This document shows, piece by piece, positions 26,665 through 40,107 of a stretch of 64,000 nucleotides of DNA. How positions within the stretch are numbered: position 1 is the stretch's first letter; each line of letters opens with the position of its first letter. The DNA is from Lama guanicoe (lineage: Eukaryota), in contig MU053652.1 in assembly GCA_013239625.1 (NCBI GenBank), positions 7,773,027 to 7,837,026 of the forward strand, read 5' to 3'. A model generated the notes under the pieces. That model was not told where the DNA came from. It saw nothing but the letters and a program-made list of their open reading frames with translations, and ran no database searches. The position numbers and the translations under genes are program-made.

Positions 26665-27238
26665 TGTTGAGCTAACAGGGTTTGTTCTGTCACCCCAAAA
26701 GGGGAAGGGAAAAGAGTCCGGTTCATGTCTTACCTGAAAGACGAGAATTCAGATGGGAGACGGAAGTGCTGTGTAGCTAAAGATTTCAAAGGTTTTTTTA
26801 AGCAAAGAGAAAGTCCAGCTCCAAGGACAGGAGGCAGGCTGATCTGAGGATGGCTAGCAATGGTCTTCGCCCCTGCTCTCATACCCTCGCCGACAGGCGC
26901 TCTCTAGATTGATTGGCGGCTCTTGCCGGAGGAGCGCTTAGTCATGCTCCTCCCCTTTTGCGCATGTTCTTACCCATGATGCACACAGAAAAACCCATGG
27001 GGCGGGGCTAAACCACAATGCTAATTATATTACAATGAGCATTGGATCATTTCCGGTTAGGTCCTTCTCGCTGCCACACAGTTGCGGCCTTCGGTTTCTA
27101 ACTGCTTTTTTGCTGTCACTCATTTAGAGGAAGTGAAGCCCCTTTACGCTGAAAGCGGGCGTACCGCCATCTTCCGGTCCATCCGCCCTCCCCTCCACCT
27201 CATCTGCCCTGTGCCCCCACTTACCTAACTACGTAACA
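26665..27238 (-). mobile_element. CpG-rich ERV LTR
   Basis: TGTTG...TAACA ends. gattgg (CCAAT), tgcgcatg and ggggcggggc motifs. No clean TSD seen. Confidence 0.6.
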
Positions 27239-28236
27239 GTTCCCCTTCCAGCCCCGTTCCTGTGTCTGCCGGCTCTGGCTCCCTCGGGCTCTCTCTTTCT
27301 CTGTGACCTTAAGTAAGTCAGGTGGATGTTTCACCTCCTGCCTGGAGGCAGAGGAGCCATGTCCCACCTCACAGGGGATTTGCGAGGGCTCATTAAAAGT
27401 TCCTGAGGTGTCTTGAGAACCAGCCTGTCTCGGGCAGAGCAAGCAGCTTTGACGGCGGGGCTGCGCGTGGTCCTTGTAAACACGGCAGCTCATTACAAGC
27501 TCTTATGACGAGGCTTCAGAAACAACTTTCTCAAGGTAAGAACGGACTGACTGGAATGAAACTGGGGTGGTCAGCCATCACTTCAAATGCAACCAGCGTG
27601 CAAGTCGCCTTAGCGCTGCGCTGCTTCTTGTGACCAGGGTACTTCCAATACAGAGAGAGCATTTTCTTTATTCTCACTTCCTCCTTTAGAGACTTTCATG
27701 CAGGAGACCCAATGGTTTAACACCTGCCACGGTGCATATGAGTATATATATTTCTTATGATAAAGAAAACAATTTATGAGAGAGGTTTCTCTAATATTAT
27801 TAAAGTTCCTCTTACGTATTTGGCCGAAAGAAATCACTCACTAATTTATAGCTGTAAATGTGCCATTGAAGTGACAGCAAATCTAGCTCAAAATGTATTG
27901 TATCGTAAAAATGTGGGTAAGAGATGCTAAGAAAAGCAGATGAGGGACTGGAATGTCCCTCAGTATGACATTCTAGGCAATTATCTTAAGCAGGAGGAGG
28001 AAAGATTATATCTGCTTTGGCAGGGAGCACGAGACTGTTTTTGAATTAGGATATGAAAGGACTCCAGGGAGTTTACAGGGTCGTGATGACAGCACCTTTA
28101 GCCCAAATCTTCTTGAGAGTGGCTGGGTGAGCAGGAAGGTTAAGTCCAGAGTTTAATCTTCCTCTATTCCTTTTTACTCTTTCCCACGTTACTTCACAGA
28201 ATCAACCTGAATAAATTAGAATGGCCAAAATTAACA

Positions 28237-28586
28237 GCCATGGTCTGAATGTCTGTGTCCCTCTTAAATTCATATGTTGAAATTCTGATTCCCTCAGAGG
28301 ATGGCATTGGGAGGTGGGGCCTCTGGGGGGTGTTTAGATCTTGAGAGTGGAGCCCTTGTGAATGGAATTAGTGTTCTTATCAAAGAGGCTCCAGAGGGCT
28401 CCGAGGCTCCCTCCACCAGGTGAGGAGAAGGGGCCATCCAGGATCCTGAAGAAGACTCTCACCAAGACACATCCGGGCTGGTGCCTTGATCTTGGACTTC
28501 TCATCCTCCGGGACTGTGAGCAATTTCTGTTCTTTATAAGCGACCCAGTCGGCGGTATTTTGTTATAGCAGCCCAAATACAGTAAC
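28237..28586. mobile_element. MLT1A-like MaLR LTR
   Basis: 'atggtctgaatgtctgtgtccctc..aaattcatatgttgaaattct...ttttgttatagcagccc'. Confidence 0.82.
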
Positions 28587-31500
28587 ATCTACTAAGATAC
28601 TTTCCTCCTATAACCTTGAGCTAGAGAGATAAGATAATTTGACAGGGAAAGAGAAGAAGGAGGAAATTTGGAAATGTAAACAGTTTGAGCTAGATCCTGC
28701 TGGATTATTTTCCTCAGGCAGAACAGGCTCCTCTATTGATGGCAGACAAAGTGCCTCAGAAGGAATGAAAAGAAAGCCAGCATGTGTTTGTATAGACCCG
28801 GAGAAGCACCTTGTCTCCACTCCACAAGAACTTGAAAAAAAAAATCTGTTTTTGTTTTTGGTGATTTTCTTTTTTCTTTTTGCATTCCTTTTTCTTTCTC
28901 TCTTTCTCTGCCCTCCCATGCTCAGTTTTCTAAACATGCGAGTGAGACCCAGGGCAGTCACAGATTTGGCTGACATGATTTCATGTCACTCAGAGATAAC
29001 AGGGACACTGATTCCTAATATATTCTAGGAGAAAGGACTTTGCTCAGGCCTGATGATAGCTGACTAATGCACCGAATCTCATGTCCCAGACAGTGCAGCC
29101 TGGGGCCCTCGCTGAAGCACAGTGCCCTCAGATCCGGGCCAAGTGGGGGTAAGTGTCACTTGCACATAGACTGAGGTGCGTGCAGTCAGGAGGATGATTT
29201 GAGAAGCAGCCTCCCGGACAGATGTCAGTTTAATGTGAGAGGGCCACCAAAGGAGGGGGCCAGCCAGACAGGGTGAATCCAGGTGTGGAGCTCATTGAAT
29301 GCAAGTGAAGAAGACCAGCCACCAGAGGAAATTTAGAACAGAGTAGAAGCAAGAGCCTGATTTAAGTGCTGGCTCCATGGCTGCTCTCCGAGAAACGCTG
29401 GCTGTGTCTCTTAGTCTGCTTCATCTCCGTGTCCTCATCATGGACATAAACCACAGCCCCTCCCTTAGGTGTTCTGAGGGAAAACATGACAAGACATGCA
29501 CAAGGCAGTGTATACTTAGCACAGAGCAGAGGCTCATTGCTAGAATTATTACTATTATCATTGTTATTGCTGTCTGCCCTAAACCAAGGGAGGGTGGCTG
29601 TATCTACTTTTATAGGGTGTTCAGGTACTGGGCATGGTAAATAGGGATTAAAGAAATCCTGTTTGGATAAACAAAATATCCCAGCCCAAGCTGAGCCCAC
29701 AACTGCCTTCATCATACTGAAAATGAGAAAATTGAGGCAAAAAGAGATGAAGTGACTTGTCTAGGGTCACACAGAAAAGCAGAGTTAAGATTCAAGCCGA
29801 GGTCATTTGCACTGCCTTCACAGCTGCATACTTCCAACAGGAGTCTCACATTGCCTGGGTTAGGGCATCTCCCATTTCAGTTTGTGTCTGGAATGTCCTT
29901 CCTCCTCTTCTCAATTTAATAAGCTACTACTCAGTCTTCCAGTTACACCAAGGGTCCTTGGGAGGCCTTTTCTAAGGCCGCCAGGAAAGTGGATCTCTCC
30001 CACCATTGGGCTCGCATCCATCTTTGTCATCACATTGGGTTTTGGCTTTGGTTGAAGCTACTGCCCACTCCTTTACATCTGGGGAGGGCATCAGAGGGAG
30101 GTCTGTGACAGGCATGTGGATATGTGTGTGCACGCATACACACAGGGACAGGTATGCACACACACGTACACGGATGTAATTTTTATACGATTTTGCCAGA
30201 TTATCTTGGAACACACTATTTTTATGTCTAGTGTGGTTGCTTCTGCAGACACGTACTGTATATTCACCCTTGTTGTCATGTTGGAACAGCTTTCCACTGG
30301 TAGGAATTTTTAAATATGTGCCCCACCATTATGATGGTGAGCATCTGTCTTTGTTTACTCCAAGATTGGCTAAAGTTAGAAAATGTCAAAGATAAAGAAG
30401 AAATAGCGAATATCCTTTGGCTTTGCTCTCCATGGTGTGTGAGAGGACAGCAGAACCCCAGTGCTTTTTGCATAACAGCATTCTTGCTGATGGAAGGAGC
30501 CTGAAGCCCAAAATGCTAAAGTACCACCTCATACTTTCTGTTCCAAAAATATATTAGTGTAGATCTTTTTCAACAAAAAAGGCTGAAGTTGAAAAGGCAA
30601 GACTTGACTAAAAGCTGGTCTGTCCTGATGCCACAGCTTCATCTTAAAATAGCTACAAGATAACTGGGAAAGGCTGTATGCTCCAGAATCACAAGTTCCT
30701 GTGTGACTGGGAGCAGAGGAGGTGGATTAAAGCAGTGCCTCTGAAAAATGAAATCATTCCATGATGGTTGACTTTTCAAAAATAATATTTTGAGTCACGT
30801 GTGATAGAGGAATTAGAAACTTCTCTGTGTAGCCAGCTGATGTCTTCAAAAATGAATTCCTATTTAGCGAGTTCTTTTTGAAATCTCAAATCCATCAACC
30901 TCTTTGAAAGGCTGGAAAGTTTCTTCTGCAAATAAAACTCACTGGGCACTTTGTGAACAGACAGAACACCTGTGGTGCTTAGTAACACATCTTAGAGGAA
31001 GTATTTTTATGCAGTAAGCTCTACAACCCATTGCTTTGGATACTTCTGCTTAGCTACTAGCAAGTTAACTTTGTTAATGCCAGGGCCTTTTCAAAATGTT
31101 TTCTCATGAGATGAAAGCAGAATATGAACTTCTTCTCTTTTACGAATCTGTGATACAGAAATGTGCAGACAACTTGAAATTCCGCATGACTTTTTAAAAT
31201 ACTTCTGCTCAGACAACCAGAAAGTTGCAACATGGGTTCTTAATCCTCCCTTTGCTGACATCAGCAGCATCCCCTGGCTGAACATGAAAACTCAGTGATG
31301 TAAAGCCAACAGAAATGAAAGGACATAAATCCAATTCAGGTAGTCTTGGAATGTCTTGGTGTTCCCTGGTCACAGGCCCCTTGTGTCGTCTGGGAACATG
31401 AACTGATTGTGTTTGCTTCACTGTGCTGTTGTGAGCCCCACTCTCCAGTATGTGTTACTGTCAAAGCAGAAAGTCTGTCGGAAAGTGTGTGTGCTGCCAC

Positions 31501-32297
31501 ACCGAAGACCACGCAGTAATTTTAGCTTCTCATTCAAACCAAGGGAGAAGTGCTTTTTCATTGAAATTTATTTTTTTAAGCAAGAATAAAGTTTATTTTT
31601 TTACTTTTATTTGCACACTTTGGAGTTCTTTCTTTCCTTCTTCCTATTTTTTTTAAGACAATTGCCTGAAATTCATTTTGCATGCAAAAAAAATGATGGG
31701 AAAGGCATAATTCCTTATAAAAAGTATTTTGATCCAATGCAATGAAGTAAGTTACACACATAATTTTGCTTACACTCTTATGTAAATATCTCTGGGAAAA
31801 GAAGCTCTAGCTTTCACCAGATTCCCAAAGCCTCTATGATGCCAAAAGGCATATGAAAAATAGAATAAAATCATTAATATCTTGAGGTCAGGGCTATTTT
31901 CCCAACCTGGCTTTTCCCTGCAGAACCTGGGAAAGTGACTGTCTCTAAGACGCAGTGATGTTAGTCATCAGTAGTCAGTTTTCCCATTTCCTAAGTGATA
32001 TTGACCACAAGAGACAGAGTTGGCTGAGTGAACAGGTTTACCTATTGGTTTTAACTTTAAAACTGAGTACAAATCTTTATTTCTTATCAAGAGAAGGAGA
32101 AAAGTTTCTCTATTAAGTATCTTATTAATTAGAGAAAGCTGACTGGGAGGATGTAAAAAGAAAATGTATTTCCTTTGGTTGATACCACAAAGCGGTTGGG
32201 TAGAGTATGTTTCTTTATTTGTGCTGCACTTTTATACTAGATTCATCAAAGTCAAAATCTTTAGCCGTTAAAGTGAACATCATTAGGGTACTGACAT

Positions 32298-32700
32298 TGT
32301 TATGGGCTGAATTATGTCCTTTCAAAATCCATATGTTGAAGTCCCACTCCCAGACTTAACAGTGTGATCTTGTCTGGAGACAGGATCTTTACAGAGGTAC
32401 TTAAGTTAAAACGAGGCCATTAGAATGGGCCCTAATCCAATATGACTGGTGTCCTTATGAGAAGAGGAAATTTGGACACAGAGAGGGACAGAAGGTAGAC
32501 ACAGGCAGAAGAGAGCCATCTACGAGCCAAAGAGTGAGGTGTGGAACAGATCACTCCTTTCCTGCCCTCAGAAGAAATCAGCCCTGCTAACACCTTGATC
32601 TTGGACTTCTAGCCTTCAGAACTGTAAGAAAAGAAATTTCTGTTGGTTAAGCCACCCAGTCTGAGATACTTTGTTAAGGCAGCCTCAGCAAACTAATACA
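32298..32700. mobile_element. MLT1B/C-like MaLR LTR
   Basis: 'tgttatgggctgaattatgtcc...ggccctaatccaatatgactggtgtcctt...gcaaactaataca'. Confidence 0.85.
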
Positions 32701-34271
32701 GATATATAGAATAAATTCCAGGGGACCCCAGGCAAAGACAAAGAATCCAGGCTCGGGGACCCTGGAGGAACACTAGTCTGGGGCACAGAAGTAGATGTAA
32801 GTATTAGTCCCTAAGGCCCCTGCCTAGAGGAGGGAGAAATCTCCTAGGACCTAACCTTAGATGAGCATCTCTGAGGTTCCGAGTTTAAAATACCTTCCAT
32901 ATATATTAAATCTGCTAGATAATGTGATGCCTCTGGTGTAGAAATCAAGATTTGTGTGTCTGTTTCTTTCTTTCTTTCTTTCTTTTTTATTCACGCAGAG
33001 AAGTGTAAAATGTAAAATCTCAATATTAAAGAAAGGGGAGGGCCAGTCAGGGCAGACTGAAAAGGATGTCCTTGCCTTCCCGGACTTGGCCACCTGCTTC
33101 TCCCCAGTCTCTTGCACTGGGCATTTTCAGTTGCTTTGCTCTACCCTCATCCCACCATGGAGGGACATCGGTGTTCCCTGGCCTTTGTCCCTTTACACAC
33201 CCTCCCCCAAGAGAGGTTTCACCCACTCTGGTGGTTTCAAATACCTAACTGGGCTTCGACTTCTGTGGTCCTTCAGACTGGAGCTTGCATCCTGGCTCTG
33301 CCCTTTGTCTCCCAGCGGGGTGCTTTGGGAAAGTTGCTCAGCTCCCCAAAGGTCTGAGTTTCTTCAGATGATAACAGTTTTAGCATCACAGAGTGTTGTG
33401 GAGATTCAGTGAGAAATTGCCCATATGCTCTTAGCACAGGCTGGACCCATAGCAAGTATCCCAAAATGAGAGCTAAAATAAAAGCAACAGCACCATACAA
33501 AAAAGTACATGGCCTTTACTGTGTACTGAGTACTGCTCTAAAAGCTCCATATACATCAGCTCATTTAATTCTCACAACAGATGAAGAAACTGAGGCACAA
33601 GGATGTTAGGTAATTTGCCCAAGCTCACAAGTAAATGGTGGGCATAGAACTCAAACTCAGTTAGTCTGGCTCAGAGACCATCTTCTCAAACTGGGTTTGA
33701 CTATTATTGTTACTCATTGTTAATGATACTGTCCTATTCTCTCCCATGAGAATCAGCCTTAAAAAAAAAAAAAAGAAAGAAAAAAAACCTCTCTGGGTAC
33801 CCCACAGGCACCTCAGACACAACATACTCAAAAGAGTCCCCAAAGCCAGCTCTCCACCTGAGCCCCTTCCACTGCCCCAGGGAGACACCTGGCTTCACAT
33901 TAGGTTCTTCCTTGCCCTTGAACCTCCCACCTCCAAGCAATCAATGATTGATTTCTATTTCTATCCTCTTCTCTCCAACCCTAATTCTTCCCGCATTCAG
34001 GACTTCATCATCTCTGCTCTAGGTAACAGTGACAACCTTCTGTTTTTCCTGCCTCCAGTTTCCAAGACCCAGTTTTTCCTCAATTCATCTTCTCTACAGA
34101 TTTAGAATACCAGTCTGGCCATTTCAATCCTGCCTGAAAAGGATGAGTTATGTGTTCACTAGCGTAGCACAGAGGACCCTTCATATCTGACTGCTGTCTA
34201 CCTTTCCAGCCTCAACTCCCACCTCTCGCCAAGTTCCACTTCCCCGGCATATCACCACTCACCAGACTCAC

Positions 34272-34326
34272 TCTCTCTCTCTCTCTCTCTCTTTCTTTCT
34301 CTCTCTCTCTCTCACACACACACACA
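34272..34326. repeat. (TC)n(CA)n compound microsatellite
   Basis: Visible repeat. Confidence 0.9.
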
Positions 34327-36779
34327 TCATGCTGTTTTACAACTAGTATAGTAGAGTCTACATTTAAAAGAATTATTTAGCTTATCTACTAAGAATACAT
34401 ACAACAATCACTCGCAGGGAAGATATGACAACTCACTTTCCCACCCACCATTTTCCTCACCGCTAAAATACCCACAAAATTAAATTTGTTACTTGCAGGG
34501 GGAAAAAAGGAAAAGTCACTTTTAAGTCAGTTTTGTGAGTAAGTCAAAAATTTTAAAGTCATCTTTCGAAAACCTCGAGCTTACAAAGTGATCACAAACC
34601 AGCCATGTTATTTGTATATTCTGTTTTTATCATCTTAATCCAGTTTTTATCTGAATGAAAAGCTGACTGATTTTCTTCTGGTGACATAGAGGGCTAGCAT
34701 GTGACTAGTTATTTCTGTTTGCCGAAACCAAAAGGCTTCAAGGACACAGAGACATTATTGTTGAAGCAGCCCTGGGGAATGACACTGTTACCCTACTGCC
34801 CCCTGCTGCTGTGACTGTGAAGTTCTCCCTTGTGTTGTGACTGAGGCCCGGGACGTGTCAAGATGATGCAAGCTTCTAGGAGCCTACCTAAGCTTGCTTG
34901 CTTTCTTTGAATGTCAGTTTCTCCTTTGATCCATACACGCCACACTTTGAAAGTATATATAAAAAATTAAGTACCCCTTGATCACCTGTGCCCTACAGAA
35001 AAGTCAGAACAGTCTCTCTAGTTAGCAGACACCCCTGGTCAGATGCTGTTGTGGAGTGAAAAGAAGAAATTGGAAGTAGTTCTAAGTTCTATGTGCCGTG
35101 ATGTTATTTCATCTTGTAACTTCATGGGAGGGCAGTATTGTGTAAGGTGGAATACACAGGCTGGGAGTCAAAGTCACCCAGGGCTTCATTCCAGCCCTAG
35201 CCATGGGACCTATTCTAAGGCTTGGTTTTTTCATCTGGAAGGAAAAAAAATTAAATAGAGGTATATAAAGCACATAATTAGGTGTTGAATAATAATAATA
35301 ATTGGAAGCTCTTCTTATTCATGAAGGATTGTGAAGTAGTGACTGACAATTCCAGCCAGGCTAGTTCCTAGCATCCATGGGGATCAGACAGCACCAAAAT
35401 TATTAGTCACTGAAGTCAGCTCTCAACATTCAAGGATTAAAGGTTTCTATAATATACAAAAAGTATATTTTTGGCTGCACAATTTTTGAAAACTTTGGTA
35501 TCTACATCTTATAGTCACAAATTTTTCCCTACTTTTATAAAATGATAAACAGAAATTTCTTCTATCGCTGATCTTTAATTAAAACCTATTAGAGAACAGT
35601 AAAATTATTCAGCATGACTTATTCCTTAAAAATTATATAATTGTATTTTAACCCAAGCCCATACTTGTCCCTACAGCTGTAATTTAGGGTTAGCAAGTTG
35701 GTGTGGGGGAAGTAATATATTTTAATAAAAACTACACTTGCTACATGCTAAAGTTTGTTGTTAAACATGTGCTGTAATGAAATGATTGGAAACCAAATAA
35801 GTAAGTGAATGTGTATTAACAAAATGCGTTTAAATTTTTTATGGAGTCTTAACTACAAATGTGGCATAAGACTGAGACCCCTGATGGTATTAATTCTTTT
35901 CTGATAATATTCATTCATTCGTGTGATAGCACATTGTACCAGAGTTAGGTAATTTGTGGTTTTCAGTTAAATTAACCATACTTACCCTTTTAAGTAAAGA
36001 TCAATTATAAATACATTTTACTTGTCCTATTCATCAAACTAAACATATTAAAGCCCGTTTCAGATTTCAAACTGAAAGTCTTAGTCATTTGTCAGACAGA
36101 ACGCTCTGGAGAGTATATAAAGGTTTCAGATAAATCATAATCACTATCGGTCAAGTACCCACCATTTTTGTGACAAGCACTATGCTAGCTGACCTCTGTT
36201 TATTTTCTCTAATATTCTCAACAGCTGGCCTTCCACACTGAGGGAAGAAACTCAGAGAATGAAAATAACTAGCCCACGGTCAACAACTTGCAGGTAGCCA
36301 AGCTGAGATGGATTTATTCTTTACCTGTACCCTACTACCAAGGGTTAAGTGTCCCATGAAAAACTACTAGAAGTTTATTTAAAAGAGATCTCTTGTAAAG
36401 TAATTATTTACCAAAAGTTTAGGAGGCTCTGTGGCGGCATGGAAGCAATGAGACTCGGTGGTTAGGTGAATTTGTAGCTCCTGGTGTACTTTAAAAATAT
36501 AATAATGATAATCAAAACTGAATGTCACGTAAGAAATAATAGGCAGAAGAATTAGAATGTTCTTTTTAAACCTGGCCTTTCATTTCCTGTTTCATTGTAT
36601 AATTTGTTGACATCTAAAAAGGTATAATCTTAATTTTCAGAAATAGCAACAATCTCCTAAAAATAGAATTTGAACATACAGGAGAAACAATACAAGGTTT
36701 ACTTAAAAAAAAAAAGTCTTGACAAAAAAAAAAAAAAGAATGCCCTTAATAAACTATGAAAAATATCACCTTTATTGTG

Positions 36780-37230
36780 TAAGAACCAAGTTCTTAAAAT
36801 GAAATGCCATTTTCACCTAGGGATGAACACTAATTACAGAATTTGATAATGCTCAGTGTTGGTAAGGAAAATTGGCCCTCTCATTCGCTATTGGTGATAT
36901 CCTTAATAGGAACAAACTTTTAAAAGAATATTTTTCAGTATCTCTGAAAATTGAACTGTATATACCCTTTGCATTAGCAATTCCATTTCATCGTGGCAAA
37001 AGCAGGCCAAGATATGTATATACACAGGTGCTAATTACAACATTTTTGATAGAGGGGGGAAAAAATCTCCAGAAAATGAAATGTCAGTTAATTAAGAACT
37101 TCCAGAAAAAATGTCATATAGTGGTATAGTGGAGTGCAATGTGGTCACTACAAAATGCCCTGATGTGGACAAATACCCAAAATATGTTGTCGTGTAGGAA
37201 GAGCACGTTATAGACAGCCCTATTTGTGTT
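36780..37230 (+). mobile_element. Highly decayed L1M(E) fragment
   Basis: 'atgccattttcacc...gtgttggtaagga...ccctttgcattagcaattcca' L1 ORF2-end motifs. Confidence 0.55.
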
Positions 37231-37282
37231 AAATATTTTATTAATTAATTTTTTTAAAGAATTGATTGTTTAATGTGACTAA

Positions 37283-37945
37283 TTTTTTTTTTTTTAACGA
37301 TGGTACTGTTGCCGAAAGATCGGCCCCCATCTCTGATAAGCCAAATAACTCAGAGACCAGGTCTTGGAGTTTAGAAGAAAAGAGGCAATTTTATTGCTGT
37401 GCCAGGCAAAGGGGACTCACAAAACTGTGAACCCTCCTTGGACATAGGTTGGGGTGGTTGTATAGCCAGAGTTCAAACAATAAAGCATTGATAAGAAGCA
37501 ACAGAATCATTTTCTCACCAGAAGACTTAGAATGGTGACATGATGCCTCCAGACAACCAATTCTATAGATCCCAGAGGTCAGATCTCTTTATCTCGTGAG
37601 CACTCAAGCTGTGGTCTTCTTGGTAATTCAGGCTATTTTGTAAGGTTACAGTCCTGTGAAATTCTCCTTGGAGAAGGACTCAGAGACCAAGCTTGATTAT
37701 TACTTTCAATTACTGGAATAAAGTAGAATCAGTAAGATCAATAGCTTTAGTTTTAACAATACGCCAGGAACTGTGAGTAGCAAACGGTCAGTCAGGTCAG
37801 TTGACCCTTTTAAGGGCAAGCATAAGAATAAGCAATCTGTTAGCCTAAGTGCAGCCATTTTATTAATCCTCCTTCAGTACTAGGGACTGAACCTAGGACC
37901 TCATGCATGCTAGGCATGTCCTCTACCACTGAGCTACACCCTCCC
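37283..37945 (-). mobile_element. Vic-1-like SINE split by an LTR insertion
   Basis: Tail and 3' part at 37283-37306. 5' part 'gtactagggactgaacctaggacctcatgcatgctagg...ctgagctacaccctccc' at 37877-37945. Confidence 0.85.
37307..37876 (-). mobile_element. ERV1-type solo LTR with 4-bp TSD GTAC
   Basis: TG...CA termini. GTAC at 37303-37306 and 37877-37880. AATAAA on the - strand near 37391-37396. Confidence 0.85.
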
Positions 37946-39420
37946 TACTAAGAGCTTAGTGACTTTTTACCCATAACCTGCAAGTACCTAGCCGTCTGCG
38001 GATTTGGCACATTCCAACAGTGCCAGCACTTTGTGGCTTCATCATTTTTTCTTCTTAGAGGAAGTCTGAGGCAAAGGGAGAAGGAGGAGGCAGTGACATC
38101 TGTCAGGTCAGCCCAGTAGGGCATTCAAGTACAAACGCTCTTGGCTTTTTAAGAGGGAATTGAAGGCTAATTGTGTCTGTATTGAATGTTCTTTTCAATC
38201 CTGTGCAAATTAGCGTCCTCAATGGAGTTAGAGAAAACAAAGAATTCTAGTTCTTTTTTTGCTTATCTTTTCTCTCCCAGCATTCTCCCCCACCTCCTTC
38301 CTTCCCCCGCTCTCTGATTGCCAGCAGAGGAGAAACGAGAAATATCCAGGTTCTCAATTTTATTGATGGATTTTGTTGATGGGTTTTCACATACAAATTC
38401 TTAGCCACTCCTTATCAATTGTGTCATCAAAATGTCAGTACCTTGAGCAGAATGATTGTGTTGAAACCATCCTGGCAGCTTTGCATGTGAAACAGATAAT
38501 GTGAGTCTTAGTATTCTGAACTGGGGCCCCTGGTAGGCAAGCTACAGAGTCCTGCAATTTCAATCCTAGACCCAGGGTCGAGACTGCACTGTTTGTCAAG
38601 TTCAAAGGAAACTACCATTCACTAGATACTGTAATTCAAAAAGGTTTTTCCAAAAATGACTTTTCAATGAGAAATGCTCCTTTCAGAATTAGTCTGAGTT
38701 AGCATCTTCCTTGTAAAGTCCACTTTTCTTTGTATGCTTTACAAAAGCCTTCATCCTTTGGCCATCATTCACTGTATGCCACTCTAATAACCACACTCAG
38801 TGTTTTGTTCTACTGAGGGCCCTTGTGTCTTGTGTTTCCACATGACCTAACTGCTATTCAGCCTTCAAGGCAACGGACACATCATCTCTTTCATGACATC
38901 TTTGAAGCCCTTCTCTGACATGCTCAGGTTCTCGTTTATACAGCGGAGCATGCTGAACTTACATCACAGCCCTTCTCACACCCTAGTCAATGTCTGTCTT
39001 TCTCCAAATATACAACAAACTCACCGATGGTAAGAAGCACGCTATTTCACCTTGAACCTGTGACACTTAAAATTGAGCCTCGCAGAGAATAAACTCCCAA
39101 TAAATGCTAAATGAAGGATGTGAATGGAGGCTTAGATGAATTAAGGCACTTTAGGTGCACAAGATTGTCAAATTTGACAATCAAGAGTGAAAAGAACGTT
39201 AGAATACTTCATATACGAATTTTGAAGACATATTAAACCATGTGCAAAAGTTGACAGGATAATCACTTTTTAAAAGTTACCTTTTTACAAAACACAACTT
39301 GAACAAATTATCAAGGTGAAATAGCTAAAAACTATAATTCTGTGCTTGAGACAGACAAGTGCATTTAGGATATTACATTTTAAAAGATAAGATATTATGC
39401 TTTAATATTGTCCTGACATT

Positions 39421-39426
39421 TTTATT
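39421..39426 (-). terminator. SPAM1: Candidate SPAM1 poly(A) signal (AATAAA), with ATTAAA at 39401-39406
   Basis: tttatt on + strand about 1 kb downstream of the SPAM1 stop codon. Confidence 0.4.
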
Positions 39427-39684
39427 ACAAATTACAAGCTACTTATAGACATTCATTTGGAGTAAATTGGCATTTTTCAAATCATCACTTTCCTCAGAAG
39501 AACACTATGCCCCTAAGTATTAATAGGCCTTACAGTCACTCTTTGGTAGAACCAAGAATACAACAGGTAGCTCTTAGTTTTATATATACATTCACAGTAT
39601 GTGAAATATTTGCTATACTCTCATGGCAACTTAAAAATACAAACCTGGATATCATCTTACAAAGCAAATTTGATGCTCTCTTAA

Positions 39685-39818
39685 ATCCTATATTTTTTTT
39701 TATTTATTGGGGGTAATTAGGTTTATCCTTTTTTTTTTTTAATGGAGGTACTGGGGATTGAACCCAGGACCTTATGCATGCCAAGCACGTGCTCTACCAC
39801 AGAGCTATACCCTCCCCC
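39685..39818 (-). mobile_element. Vic-1-like SINE in or near the SPAM1 3' UTR, 14-bp TSD
   Basis: TSD tgatgctctcttaa at 39671-39684 and 39819-39832. Near-consensus tRNA-Ala-like body. Confidence 0.92.
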
Positions 39819-40107
39819 TGATGCTCTCTTAATAAGCGAGTCTACTTTAAGTTTCAAAAGAAAATGTGGTTTCAATGGATTTAGTAATAACACCACCCGG
39901 ACTATGATTTTGAAAATTAAAGATGCTAGCCACAATTCTTTGTTTCTCAATCAATGATCATTTCAAGTTCAATTTGATCATGGAAAAAGCAATCTCTGCT
40001 CAAAAAATTAAAATACTGTCTTGGCCATGAGTTTTGTTTCACATTTCAAATACGAAACTTTAAATATGCAGGTATCATCTCTTGCTTAAAAAAGTAATGT
40101 AAGTGAG

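Noticed and set aside
1300..39400. An additional hyaluronidase paralog (like rodent Hyal5) between TMEM229A and SPAM1
   Set aside because: No GH56-like translated segment appears in the ORF track or by eye. A very decayed copy cannot be excluded without TBLASTN.
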